Of a stretch of 64,000 bases of DNA, positions 37,346 to 46,260 are shown one piece after another (the first letter of the stretch is position 1; each line of letters opens with the position of its first letter). Source of the DNA: Bacillota bacterium (GTDB taxonomy: Bacteria > Bacillota > UBA4882 > UBA10575); contig DATCJV010000037.1 of NCBI GenBank assembly GCA_036562625.1, positions 2,012 through 66,011 on the forward strand. Reading direction: 5' to 3'. Under the pieces are notes generated by a model. That model saw only the letters and a program-made list of their open reading frames with translations. It had not been told where the DNA came from and made no database searches. Position numbers and translations under genes: made by a program.

Positions 37346-39652
37346 TTAACATTCCGTATGCCCGCAGGCTAAACATTTGGCGCACCCTTCAAAGTAACCG
37401 AAGGCGTACATTCCACAGGAGGGGCAGAGATTAAACCCGGTCCGGGAACCGCCTACTTTATCTGTGCAGCTTGTTTGAGCTTTTTCCTGAGGGTTGGTGA
37501 ATTCCAAGTTGCCCTGGACGATGGAGGGTTCTTCCTGCTTACGATGTTGTGTGTAGGCATAGAGGAATTGTCCGATCGCATCAGGAACGGAACGGGTGCG
37601 CTGGGGGCCAAAACCTACCGAGCGGCTGCCGCCGATGCCGATCAGTTGTTTAGCCACTTCTTCGGGATCTATACCACAGCGAAAGGCCAGAGAGACCAAG
37701 CGGGCAATGGCCTCTGTAAAGGCCATGATGTCGCTTCCCGCTTTACCGATTTGGGCAAAGAGTTCAAAAGGCAAATCTTTATATAGGTTAAGGGTCAAGT
37801 ATAAAGTCCCTTCCGGAGTACGTTTACTGTCCGTGATTCCGGTTAAGCGAGCCGGCCGAGGCAAGGGTTTGATCTTCCCCCAGACCGGGGAGGAAGTGCC
37901 ATTATGAAGAGATAATTCTGGGGAAGAAGTCGTGGTTTTAATCCCTTTTTGCATAGGCTGGTGGGCAATGGAGCCGTCTCTGTAGACGGTCACACCTTTA
38001 CAACCCAATTGGTAGGCCAGTCGATATACAGAAGCGACCTCCTCTATAGTAGCGCTTTCCGGAAAGTTTACTGTTTTGGAGACAGCATTGTCTGTAAATT
38101 TTTGAAAGGCGGCTTGCATCTTGACGTGCCATTCCGGTTTAATTTGATGGGCGGTAACAAAGATCCTTTTGATCTCTGCCGGAATCTCCGGAAAGTCGTT
38201 CAAGCTACCCCCATCGGCCAGAGTGTTGATTACTTTATCCGTATAGAAGTTGTTTTCTTTGGCGACAGCGGTAAAGAGCGGATTCACTTCAATTAGACGG
38301 TCATGGTCCAGGATTTCTCTGGTAAAGGCCAAGCCGAAGAGGGGCTCAATTCCTCCGCTGGTGCCAGCGATAATACTGATCGTACCGGTAGGCGCAATTG
38401 TTGTGGTGGTGGCATTCCGGAGGCGGGGGAGGCCCGGACGGTCGTAGATACTGCCGGAGAAGTTGGGAAAGGCTCCCCGCTCTTCCGCCAGAATGGCTGA
38501 GGCGGCCTTGGATTCCCGGTCAATGAAGCTCATGATTTGTTCCGCTAAGGTGAGGGCTTCTTCTGAATCATAGGGAATCCCCAGTTTAATCAAGAGTTCG
38601 GCCCAGCCCATCACTCCAAGACCGATCTTCCGATTACCCTTGCACATTTCTTCGATTTTTGGAATGGGGTAGTGAGTGGCGTCAATCACATTATCCAAGA
38701 ATCTCGTACTCAGATGAACGGTGTTCTTTAAATCCTCCCAATCCACGGTTGGCTTGTCTTCTCCCGTACGAACCATCAGGGAGAGATTGATTGAGCCAAG
38801 AGTACACGCTTCATAGGGAAGAAGGGGCTGTTCACCACAAGGATTGGTGCTTTCGATCTCCCCCAAGGCCGGGGTGGGGTTTGCCTCGTTAATCCGGTCG
38901 ATGAAGATGATCCCCGGTTCACCGGAGGCCCAGGCTGCATTGACGATTAGATCAAAGATTTCCCTGGCGTTTTCAGAACGCACCGGCGCTTTGGTTCTGG
39001 GGTTGATCAGCGGGTATGATTCTCCCTTGGCAACAGCCTCCATAAAGGAGTCGGTTACAGCCACAGACAAGTTAAAGTTGGTGTATTCGCCGGTGCCTTG
39101 TTTGGCGGTAATGAACTCCCGGATATCCGGGTGATCCACACGTAAGATGCCCATGTTAGCGCCTCGCCTGGTTCCTCCTTGTTTTATCGCTTCTGTGCTG
39201 GCATTATAGACCTTAAGGAAAGAGAGGGGGCCACTGGCAACTCCGCCGGTACTGCCAACCAGATCATTCTTCGGGCGTAGCCGAGACAGGGAAAAACCCG
39301 TACCTCCCCCGCTTTTATGAATGAGGGCGGCTAGTTTTAGGGTTTCGTAGATGGATTCCATAGAGTCCTCAATGGGTAGAACAAAACAGGCAGCTAATTG
39401 CTGTAGATCGCGACCGGCATTCATCAAAGTCGGGGAGTTGGGGAGGAATTTTCCTGTGTTCATTAGGTTGAAGAACTTTTCTTCCCACTCTTTGGCCTGT
39501 GAAACTGGACAGGTATATACTTCCGTTTCAACTTTGGCGATGTTCTTCGCCACCCGGCGTAACATTTCTTCCGGAGTTTCCACGATTTTTCCGTTTTCCT
39601 TCCTTAAGTATCTTCTTTCTAAGACCGTGCGTGCGACCTTTGATAATTTCAC
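37346..39652 (-). CDS. nrdJ: Class II (adenosylcobalamin-dependent) ribonucleotide reductase
   Basis: VLERRYLRKENGKIVETPEEMLRRVAKNIA, LPNSPTLMNAG, ACFVL, NPCGEQPL, and a C-terminal Cys-rich zinc ribbon (CPSCG...CAKCLACGHTEC). The GTG at 39652 lies 8 nt after AAGGAAGGAG; the ORF-track frame extends to 39862. Confidence 0.9.
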   Translation of the reverse strand: MKLSKVARTVLERRYLRKENGKIVETPEEMLRRVAKNIAKVETEVYTCPVSQAKEWEEKFFNLMNTGKFLPNSPTLMNAGRDLQQLAACFVLPIEDSMESIYETLKLAALIHKSGGGTGFSLSRLRPKNDLVGSTGGVASGPLSFLKVYNASTEAIKQGGTRRGANMGILRVDHPDIREFITAKQGTGEYTNFNLSVAVTDSFMEAVAKGESYPLINPRTKAPVRSENAREIFDLIVNAAWASGEPGIIFIDRINEANPTPALGEIESTNPCGEQPLLPYEACTLGSINLSLMVRTGEDKPTVDWEDLKNTVHLSTRFLDNVIDATHYPIPKIEEMCKGNRKIGLGVMGWAELLIKLGIPYDSEEALTLAEQIMSFIDRESKAASAILAEERGAFPNFSGSIYDRPGLPRLRNATTTTIAPTGTISIIAGTSGGIEPLFGLAFTREILDHDRLIEVNPLFTAVAKENNFYTDKVINTLADGGSLNDFPEIPAEIKRIFVTAHQIKPEWHVKMQAAFQKFTDNAVSKTVNFPESATIEEVASVYRLAYQLGCKGVTVYRDGSIAHQPMQKGIKTTTSSPELSLHNGTSSPVWGKIKPLPRPARLTGITDSKRTPEGTLYLTLNLYKDLPFELFAQIGKAGSDIMAFTEAIARLVSLAFRCGIDPEEVAKQLIGIGGSRSVGFGPQRTRSVPDAIGQFLYAYTQHRKQEEPSIVQGNLEFTNPQEKAQTSCTDKVGGSRTGFNLCPSCGMYAFGYFEGCAKCLACGHTEC

Positions 39653-39793
39653 GTTATCCGCTCCTTCCTTGGTGGTAATGGTGAAAAAAGATCCGATATA
39701 TTTATGTAGGAACAGCTGAAACTGTACAGCTTCTTTACACTGCATGGTTCGATCCGGCATTAATTTTGTCCGGTTCAGTAGGAACCGGACCAA

Positions 39794-39839
39794 CCACAAG
39801 ATATTGATCATTTTATATTTTATCCACAACATCTTGAGA
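39794..39839 (-). promoter_or_regulatory. Two NrdR-box-like 16-mers upstream of nrdJ
   Basis: On the plus strand, CCACAAGATATTGATC (39794-39809) and CCACAACATCTTGAGA (39824-39839) lie 30 bp apart. The second contains the dyad ACATCT-CA-AGATGT. Each matches about 11/16 positions of the NrdR consensus acaCwAtATaTwGtgt as I recall it. Confidence 0.4.
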
Positions 39840-39845
39840 TGTCCA
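39817..39845 (-). promoter_or_regulatory. SigA-like promoter of nrdJ
   Basis: On the minus strand, TGGACA, a 17-nt spacer, then TAAAAT. The upstream NrdR-like box fills the spacer and the downstream box sits around +1. Confidence 0.45.
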
Positions 39846-39893
39846 CCATCATATCTGTCCACAGGAATGGAATTTAGCCCGCAGATGATCCTA

Positions 39894-39939
39894 GCAAAAA
39901 AATATAGGGCTTTGACAGAGTAATTCTGACAAGCCCTAT
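39894..39939 (-). terminator. Rho-independent terminator of the BASS transporter gene
   Basis: On the minus strand, ATAGGGCTT ... AAGCCCTAT (9-bp stem, 18-nt loop) is followed by ATTTTTTT. Confidence 0.6.
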
Positions 39940-39996
39940 TTCCAAAAGGAACTTTTACTTCTTTCCCTTTTTAAATCTCCTTCTTTGTGAACGCCA

Positions 39997-40947
39997 TCAC
40001 TGTTGGGTTGTGGATGATTCGGTTTTTTTATTTAATAAAGGTAGAATAATGCTAGAGACTGGTTGTTGCAGGAGGATGGTGGCGATTAAGGGGAGGGCAA
40101 CCTCTGGAGGGAAATAGCTTAAAGCGATCACAATTCCTACTCCGTTGTTGCGGAGGCCGATCACAAAGATGAAAGTCCGGGTCAGGACAGGGGAATATCC
40201 CATGAGACGGGCTACCCAGTAACCAAGAGTCATATTAAAAAGGAGAAAGGTGAGGATAACCAAGAAGAGGCCGGGGAGGTTTATAGAGAGGGATTGTGTT
40301 TGTGCAGAGGCGATATTAACGGCTATGATGAAGCTCAGTGAAAATTTGGCGTAAAGCCCTCGCCAGTGCGCACGCGTTGTTTTATTTCGTCCCTTTGTCA
40401 GTTCATGGATTAGAACTCCAATCAACGTAGGGATCAATACCATCTGCAACAAACTGAGAATCAGGCTTGAAGCATCGAAATCAACAGATTTTTTTAGAAA
40501 TAAAGAGATCAGAAAGGGTACCGTCAGCGGGCAGAGTAAAGAGTCAATAGCCACTGCGGATAAAGCCAGGGGAAGGTGGCCTCCGGCTAAACCTACCCAC
40601 AAAGTGGAGGATACGGCAATGGGAATGGCAGAAGTTAAAACTAGACCAGTGAAAAAAGGTGAATCAGGACCAAACGCGAATTTCCCCAAAAAAAAGGCGA
40701 ATAACGGGGAGATGCCATGAACACACAAGAGAATCAGGAGTAAAGGGAGGGGAGAGGAAAATACTCTCTCCAGGTCACGAAGACTGGTCTTTAAGGCCTG
40801 CGTTAAGGTGTATAAGGCAAAAACCCATGGGACAAGCGGTTTTAAAAAAATGAAAAAATCCGGAAAGGCAAAACCCAGGATTAGGCTGGTAGTGACGATT
40901 AGATAAGGTTTTTTCTCCAGAAAGCTGTTGAGTCTTGCTGTCATCAT
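39997..40947 (-). CDS. Bile acid:sodium symporter (BASS/SBF) family transporter
   Basis: About 9-10 TM helices. LVLTSAIPIAVSSTLWVGLAGGHLPLALSAVAIDSLLCPLTVP matches the SBF signature region. Confidence 0.55.
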   Translation of the reverse strand: MMTARLNSFLEKKPYLIVTTSLILGFAFPDFFIFLKPLVPWVFALYTLTQALKTSLRDLERVFSSPLPLLLILLCVHGISPLFAFFLGKFAFGPDSPFFTGLVLTSAIPIAVSSTLWVGLAGGHLPLALSAVAIDSLLCPLTVPFLISLFLKKSVDFDASSLILSLLQMVLIPTLIGVLIHELTKGRNKTTRAHWRGLYAKFSLSFIIAVNIASAQTQSLSINLPGLFLVILTFLLFNMTLGYWVARLMGYSPVLTRTFIFVIGLRNNGVGIVIALSYFPPEVALPLIATILLQQPVSSIILPLLNKKTESSTTQQ

Positions 40948-41247
40948 CTGGACTTCCTTTACTATGAAATGATTAACACAATAGGGGCGGTAATTACTAG
41001 CAAGTTACCTAACCCTATCAACCGGGAGCCTGTGTAAGTATTAGCCGTTTCGGCCGGTTTATTACGGGTATGAAGCGTAAAAACTGTAAAAATTCTCCTC
41101 TATATCACCTCCGTATATATCTGGGGCGCATATTTTGGGGATAGGATTAATTACCTTGAAAGATTTGTTAAGCTCTATCAATACTTCTATCGAGGGTTAA
41201 AAAATCCTGCTATATCAGAAAAAAGTAAGACTAAGGAGGTAAAATAA

Positions 41248-43107
41248 ATGGTGAGCCAGGAAGAATTGAGCATGATTCCTGCTAAACCAGGGGTTTATAT
41301 AATGAAGGATCAAACGGGGCAGATCATTTATGTAGGGAAGGCCGTTTCTTTACGCCACAGAGTTCGTTCATATTTTCAACCCTCGGCTAAACATTCGCCT
41401 CGGATCGCCAGTATGGTGGAACAAGTGGCCGGAGTGGAGGTCATCACTACTTCCTCCGAAGTGGAGGCTTTAGCCTTGGAATGCAACTTGATCAAAGCCA
41501 ACCGGCCCAAATATAACGTACGCTTACGTGATGACAAACAATACCCATGGTTGAAAGTAACCTGGCAGGAACCTTATCCCCGGGTTTTTATAGTGCGGCG
41601 TCCGCAGAAAGACGGAGCCCGCTATTTCGGACCATATACTAATCCCGGTTCCCTGCGGGAGATCTTTCGTCTGTTGCGGAAGGTTTTCCCTATTAGAACC
41701 TGTAAGAAGCAGCTTTCTTCACCGGAGGAGGAGACCGCGCGCTCACGGGAAATACGGCCTTGCCTGAATTATCACATTGGAAGATGCCTGGGACCTTGCA
41801 GCGGGACGGTGGATCCTGCGGAGTACCGGCGGAATGTTCAGGACTTTTGCTCGGTGTTGGAGGGTAATTCTGAAGGATTAGTCACGGCTTTGACCGAGAA
41901 GATGGAGGAAGCCGCAGCCAATCTGGAGTATGAGAAGGCTGCGGCCTACCGGGATAAATTACGGGCTTTGCGCCAAGTGGTTGAACGTCAGGTGGTGGTC
42001 TCTACAGAAATCAAAGATAGGGATGTTTTCGGTATAGCCAAAGCCGGAGAGGGCTGCATGGTTTTAGTGCTGCAAATCCGTAGGGGGAAATTGATCGCTC
42101 GTGACTCATATTATTTTCCAGGGGGTGATTTGGAGGAACAGGAAGATTTTTTCCGGGCATTTCTCTTGCAATACTATGATGACCGGGATTTTATCCCCAA
42201 GGAAGTCCTGATCCCCTGCCCATTGGCGGATCAAAAGGTAATCACAACCTGGTTTCGGGAGAAGATGCAAAGAGCGGTTCAGCTCATTCATCCTCAAAGA
42301 GGAGAGAAGCGCCGCCTATTGAAGATGGCTATGGATAATGCAGCTACTGTTCTGAATCAAGAACTGATCAGGCGGGCAGAAGAGGATGCTACGGCCGCCC
42401 GGAGCCTGGACAGGCTGGCTCAAGTCCTGGCTTTACCGGAAAAGCCTGAAAGAATTGAGGCCTTTGATATCTCAAATTTTCAAGGAGCGCAACCTGTGGC
42501 CTCAATGGTTGTCTTCGTGAACGGACTACCGAAAACTGAAGCCTATCGCCGTTTTAAAATACAAGGAGTGACCGGAATCAATGACTTTGCTATGTTGCAG
42601 GAAGCGGTGAGGCGGAGGTTTACCCGTGGCTTGAAAGAAAGAACAGGAGAAATGGAAGGAAAAGGATTTGCCGTTTTCCCGAACTTATTGGTAATTGACG
42701 GGGGAAAGGGACAACTCAGCGCAGTGATGGAGGTCTTGACTGAACTGGGATTAGAAGAGCAACCAGTAATTAGTCTGGCAGAAAAGGAAGAAGAGATCTT
42801 TCTTCCTAACCGTTCTGCTCCACTTGTTCTGCCCAGAACTGATGAAGGCTTAAAACTTTTACAAAGAGTGCGTGATGAGGCTCATCGTTTTGCTGTGACC
42901 TTTCACCGTAGTTTACGGGAGAAAAAGACTACACATTCTGCTTTGGATGGAGTGAAAGGGATCGGTCCGAAGCGAAAGAAAGCCTTGTTGCAGCATTTTG
43001 GGTCAGTCAAGCGAATTAAAGACGCTACCCTGGAGGAGCTGATGACAGTGGAAGGGATGACTGAAAAGGCAGCTCGCGCGGTTTTACAGGAATTAAGGGA
43101 ACTTTAA
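41248..43107 (+). CDS. uvrC: Excinuclease ABC subunit C
   Basis: GIY-YIG N-terminus (PGVYIMKDQTGQIIYVGKAVSLRHRVRSYF), UVR domain (LEYEKAAAYRDKLRAL), Endo V-like domain and C-terminal HhH2. Confidence 0.95.
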   Translation: MVSQEELSMIPAKPGVYIMKDQTGQIIYVGKAVSLRHRVRSYFQPSAKHSPRIASMVEQVAGVEVITTSSEVEALALECNLIKANRPKYNVRLRDDKQYPWLKVTWQEPYPRVFIVRRPQKDGARYFGPYTNPGSLREIFRLLRKVFPIRTCKKQLSSPEEETARSREIRPCLNYHIGRCLGPCSGTVDPAEYRRNVQDFCSVLEGNSEGLVTALTEKMEEAAANLEYEKAAAYRDKLRALRQVVERQVVVSTEIKDRDVFGIAKAGEGCMVLVLQIRRGKLIARDSYYFPGGDLEEQEDFFRAFLLQYYDDRDFIPKEVLIPCPLADQKVITTWFREKMQRAVQLIHPQRGEKRRLLKMAMDNAATVLNQELIRRAEEDATAARSLDRLAQVLALPEKPERIEAFDISNFQGAQPVASMVVFVNGLPKTEAYRRFKIQGVTGINDFAMLQEAVRRRFTRGLKERTGEMEGKGFAVFPNLLVIDGGKGQLSAVMEVLTELGLEEQPVISLAEKEEEIFLPNRSAPLVLPRTDEGLKLLQRVRDEAHRFAVTFHRSLREKKTTHSALDGVKGIGPKRKKALLQHFGSVKRIKDATLEELMTVEGMTEKAARAVLQELREL

Positions 43108-43537
43108 GCGTTTGTAAGCCGATCAAAGGTGTCTTTTTTCACAAGTATCTACGGGTTGGTACGCAATTGCGTAATGTTCTCCAATTATAACTGCTCTTTC
43201 CAGAGGCGCCATTATATACATTACCGGATTTAGCAGGAGTTTTAATAAAAAAAAAGAAAAATAACGGCGTAAGTGGACGGTACTTTGAAAAGCAAATAAT
43301 TCACTCTTTGCTACTCCGTATTCCCGGATTGATGTGAGAGGAGGTGAAAAACGACTTGGCATTGACCGGGAGACCGGGTAGTAATTCATCATAACAATAG
43401 ACACAGCCGGAGAAGGAGAAGATGAGGTAACCAGGAAGGCTCATCAGGTTCCTTCTCTTATCGCAGCAATCATCGGTGCCTAAGAGCAATCGCATCAGAA
43501 TCAGACTAATATTCACAACCAAGGAGGAACAAGATTC

Positions 43538-44629
43538 ATGAAACGCATCATAGCACTAGTCTTAGCAACATTAATGTTAACCGTCGTCTCTCCGGTGGTG
43601 TTCGCCGCTGAACTGGATTTCTCCGGAAAAATTACTTCTCAAATCGGTTACTATAAAATCGATGAGGATAGAGAAGATCTTCCTTCATATTTCCACGGCG
43701 ACTCCACCTTCTCGCTCAGCGCTTCTTTGGGTGAGAATCTCACCGCCGGTCTTTCTCTGAGCGGACTGGAACACATCTTCGGTGAACCGTGGACTGAAGA
43801 TATTTCTGTTGAAGACAGGGCTCAGAAGTTTCTTGATTTAGAAAGTGTCTGGTTGGAAGCCAAAGGCTCCATCTTTCCCGGCGCTCCTGCCATGACCACC
43901 CGGTTAGGCGGATTGAACACCAACTACTCTCCTTATATCGCCGACCTGGACAACGCCGGTGGTGTAAACGGAATCAGCGTTGACAATATCAACATCGGTC
44001 CGGTCTCCGTTGGCGCTTTCTATGGCTGGAATAACAAGCGGGAGGACAAGGGCGCGCAAATCAGAATCAATCCTAACGAACAAGTAGAAGTCAAGGGGAC
44101 CGTAGTCGAAGCCGACCAGCTCTACTACGAAGTTGCTGGAAAGGTCATCCCCGTGCAGAACCTGGAATTCGCCGCCACCTATGCTGCGGGTGAAAACGAA
44201 GAAAATGCTTTACTAGTCGAAGGGCAGTTGCGGGTAACCGAGAACACGACAGTTCGAGCCGGATACCGGAAAGTCACTGAGAACTTTGTGGATACTTCCG
44301 TATATGCCAATGAAGACGACATTCCAGTGGACAACGGGGAAGAAGGATTCAGTGTCGGCGCCACCACAAAACAGCTTGGTTTCGAATTGGCCGGAGATTA
44401 TCACCTGTATAGCGACAGCGTCGAGTTCTCTGCCGCTCGTGGGATTACTCTGGCCGGTATGAACTTTAACACTAAACTTGAAGGTGAATACGGTATAGAA
44501 GATTCCGAGATGCTCGCTTTGGATGCGACTATTGGCTATGCTGCTCCGAACGGGATGACCATCTCCGCCGGATATGATTTCGTCTATGAGCATCCCACCT
44601 TCACAGCTGGTTTATCAATGGCTTTCTAA
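43538..44629 (+). CDS. Outer-membrane beta-barrel protein (porin-like)
   Basis: Signal peptide LVLATLMLTVVSPVVFA-AE, alternating-hydrophobic beta strands throughout, and a C-terminal beta-signal-like TFTAGLSMAF ending in Phe. A strong RBS AAGGAGGA precedes it and a strong terminator follows. Confidence 0.55.
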   Translation: MKRIIALVLATLMLTVVSPVVFAAELDFSGKITSQIGYYKIDEDREDLPSYFHGDSTFSLSASLGENLTAGLSLSGLEHIFGEPWTEDISVEDRAQKFLDLESVWLEAKGSIFPGAPAMTTRLGGLNTNYSPYIADLDNAGGVNGISVDNINIGPVSVGAFYGWNNKREDKGAQIRINPNEQVEVKGTVVEADQLYYEVAGKVIPVQNLEFAATYAAGENEENALLVEGQLRVTENTTVRAGYRKVTENFVDTSVYANEDDIPVDNGEEGFSVGATTKQLGFELAGDYHLYSDSVEFSAARGITLAGMNFNTKLEGEYGIEDSEMLALDATIGYAAPNGMTISAGYDFVYEHPTFTAGLSMAF

Positions 44630-44644
44630 GTGATATAAGATAAA

Positions 44645-44676
44645 AACAGGGGAGCGATGCTCCCTCTGTTTTTATT
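44645..44676 (+). terminator. Rho-independent terminator after the porin-like gene
   Basis: ACAGGGGAGC-GAT-GCTCCCTCTGT followed by TTTTATTTT. Confidence 0.85.
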
Positions 44677-45070
44677 TTACATATTTTCTCCAGAAAAAAA
44701 TAAAATGTTATAGAAACAGTCAAATCTGACTTGCACCCTAGTAAGTCAGAGTATAAACAGACCGATCAGGTCATTATAAGCAAGATAGAAAACAGGAAAA
44801 AAAGAGCAGGAAATTTTGACTTTATGTCGAATAATTAAAACAAGAAAATGAGTCTAATCTGTATTTCTCAGTCAGAATGGGAAATGGCGTAATAATATTT
44901 AGTATATGATAAGACTAGGTCTAATCTATGGCTAAGATAAAAACGAAACAAGTCCTGTTCTGGTTGGAACAGGAGGTGGTATCTTTATTTTTTTTACTCA
45001 AATAAATAGTAAAAAAATACAACAGTATTTTATTTTTTTGAAATTATTTAAAAAACAAGGAGGAGTTTGA

Positions 45071-46168
45071 ATGGCCAAAGTTATATTTGAGCATGTAAGC
45101 AAGAAGTTCCCCAATGGTATTTTAGCTGTTAATGACGCAAACTTGGAGATTAAAGACAAGGAGTTTATCGTCTTTGTCGGTCCTTCCGGTTGTGGAAAAA
45201 CCACCTCGTTGCGGATGGTCGCCGGCTTGGAAGAGATTACTTCCGGGAATATTTTCATTGGTGACAATATCGTCAATGATGTGGCGCCCAAAGACAGGGA
45301 TATCGCGATGGTTTTCCAGAACTATGCTCTTTATCCCCATATGGATGTCTACAATAATATGGCTTTCGGTTTGAAACTGCGCAAATTTCCTAAACCGGAG
45401 ATTGACCGCAGGGTAAAAGAGGCCGCCAAGATTTTGGGTATTGAAAACCTGCTTGACCGGAGACCGAAAGCGCTTTCCGGTGGTCAACGGCAACGTGTCG
45501 CTCTGGGACGGGCTATCGTACGTGAGCCCAAAGTCTTCCTGATGGATGAGCCCCTCTCCAACCTGGACGCGAAACTCCGTGTCCAGATGAGGGCCGAGCT
45601 TTCCAAGTTACAGAACCGCTTACAGACTACAACTATTTATGTTACACACGACCAGGTTGAAGCCATGACCATGGGTGACCGGATGGTTGTGATGAAAGAC
45701 GGTATTATTCAACAGGTTGGAAAGCCCTTGGAAGTTTATGATCATCCTGTTAACGTCTTTGTGGCCGGCTTTATCGGCACTCCGCCCATGAACTTCTTAG
45801 ACGGTGTTTTAAAGGAAGAAAACGACCAACTCTACGTGGACTTTGGCGTCTTCCGGGTCGATGTGCCGGAAGGCAGATTTAAGACCGCTAGAAACTATTT
45901 AAATAAAGAAGTAATCTTTGGAATTCGTCCGGAGAATATTTTGGATCCGGAGTCTGCCGGTACGGAAGAGAACGCCATTGTCGTTACTGTTGATGTCAGC
46001 GAGTTGATTGGCGCCGAGAGTTATCTCTATGTTTCCAAAGGACCGCATAGTTTCGTAGCCCGGGTTGATGCGCATGTTAGACCGGAAGACGGCGCTGAGA
46101 CCAAGGTGATCATCAATAATAATAAGATGCATCTCTTTGATAAAGACACCGAAAAGGCCATTCTATAA
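45071..46168 (+). CDS. Sugar ABC transporter ATP-binding protein (MalK/MsmX/UgpC type), orphan ATPase
   Basis: Walker A GPSGCGKTT, signature LSGGQRQR, Walker B FLMDEPLSNLD and a C-terminal TOBE/MalK regulatory domain. No adjacent permease or binding-protein genes. Confidence 0.88.
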   Translation: MAKVIFEHVSKKFPNGILAVNDANLEIKDKEFIVFVGPSGCGKTTSLRMVAGLEEITSGNIFIGDNIVNDVAPKDRDIAMVFQNYALYPHMDVYNNMAFGLKLRKFPKPEIDRRVKEAAKILGIENLLDRRPKALSGGQRQRVALGRAIVREPKVFLMDEPLSNLDAKLRVQMRAELSKLQNRLQTTTIYVTHDQVEAMTMGDRMVVMKDGIIQQVGKPLEVYDHPVNVFVAGFIGTPPMNFLDGVLKEENDQLYVDFGVFRVDVPEGRFKTARNYLNKEVIFGIRPENILDPESAGTEENAIVVTVDVSELIGAESYLYVSKGPHSFVARVDAHVRPEDGAETKVIINNNKMHLFDKDTEKAIL

Positions 46169-46260
46169 GCAGTGGACTTCCGTGTAGGTTTCTGAAGGCG
46201 CGAAAGTAAAAAAGATCCCCCACTTCCGGTGGGGGATTCTTGTATTGAAGGAGGTTCAGT

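Noticed and set aside
39653-39862. 70-codon N-terminal extension of the nrdJ ORF
   Set aside because: It contains the putative promoter, NrdR-like boxes and leader hairpin. A strong RBS precedes the GTG at 39652, where the conserved NrdJ N-terminus starts.
39653-39990. Cobalamin riboswitch upstream of nrdJ
   Set aside because: No B12-box-like core is seen, and B12-dependent enzymes are not normally repressed by B12 riboswitches.
43123-43522. Two minus-strand ORFs (93 and 73 aa) in the porin leader region
   Set aside because: They have no RBS and odd composition, and they overlap each other. The region is better explained as a non-coding leader.
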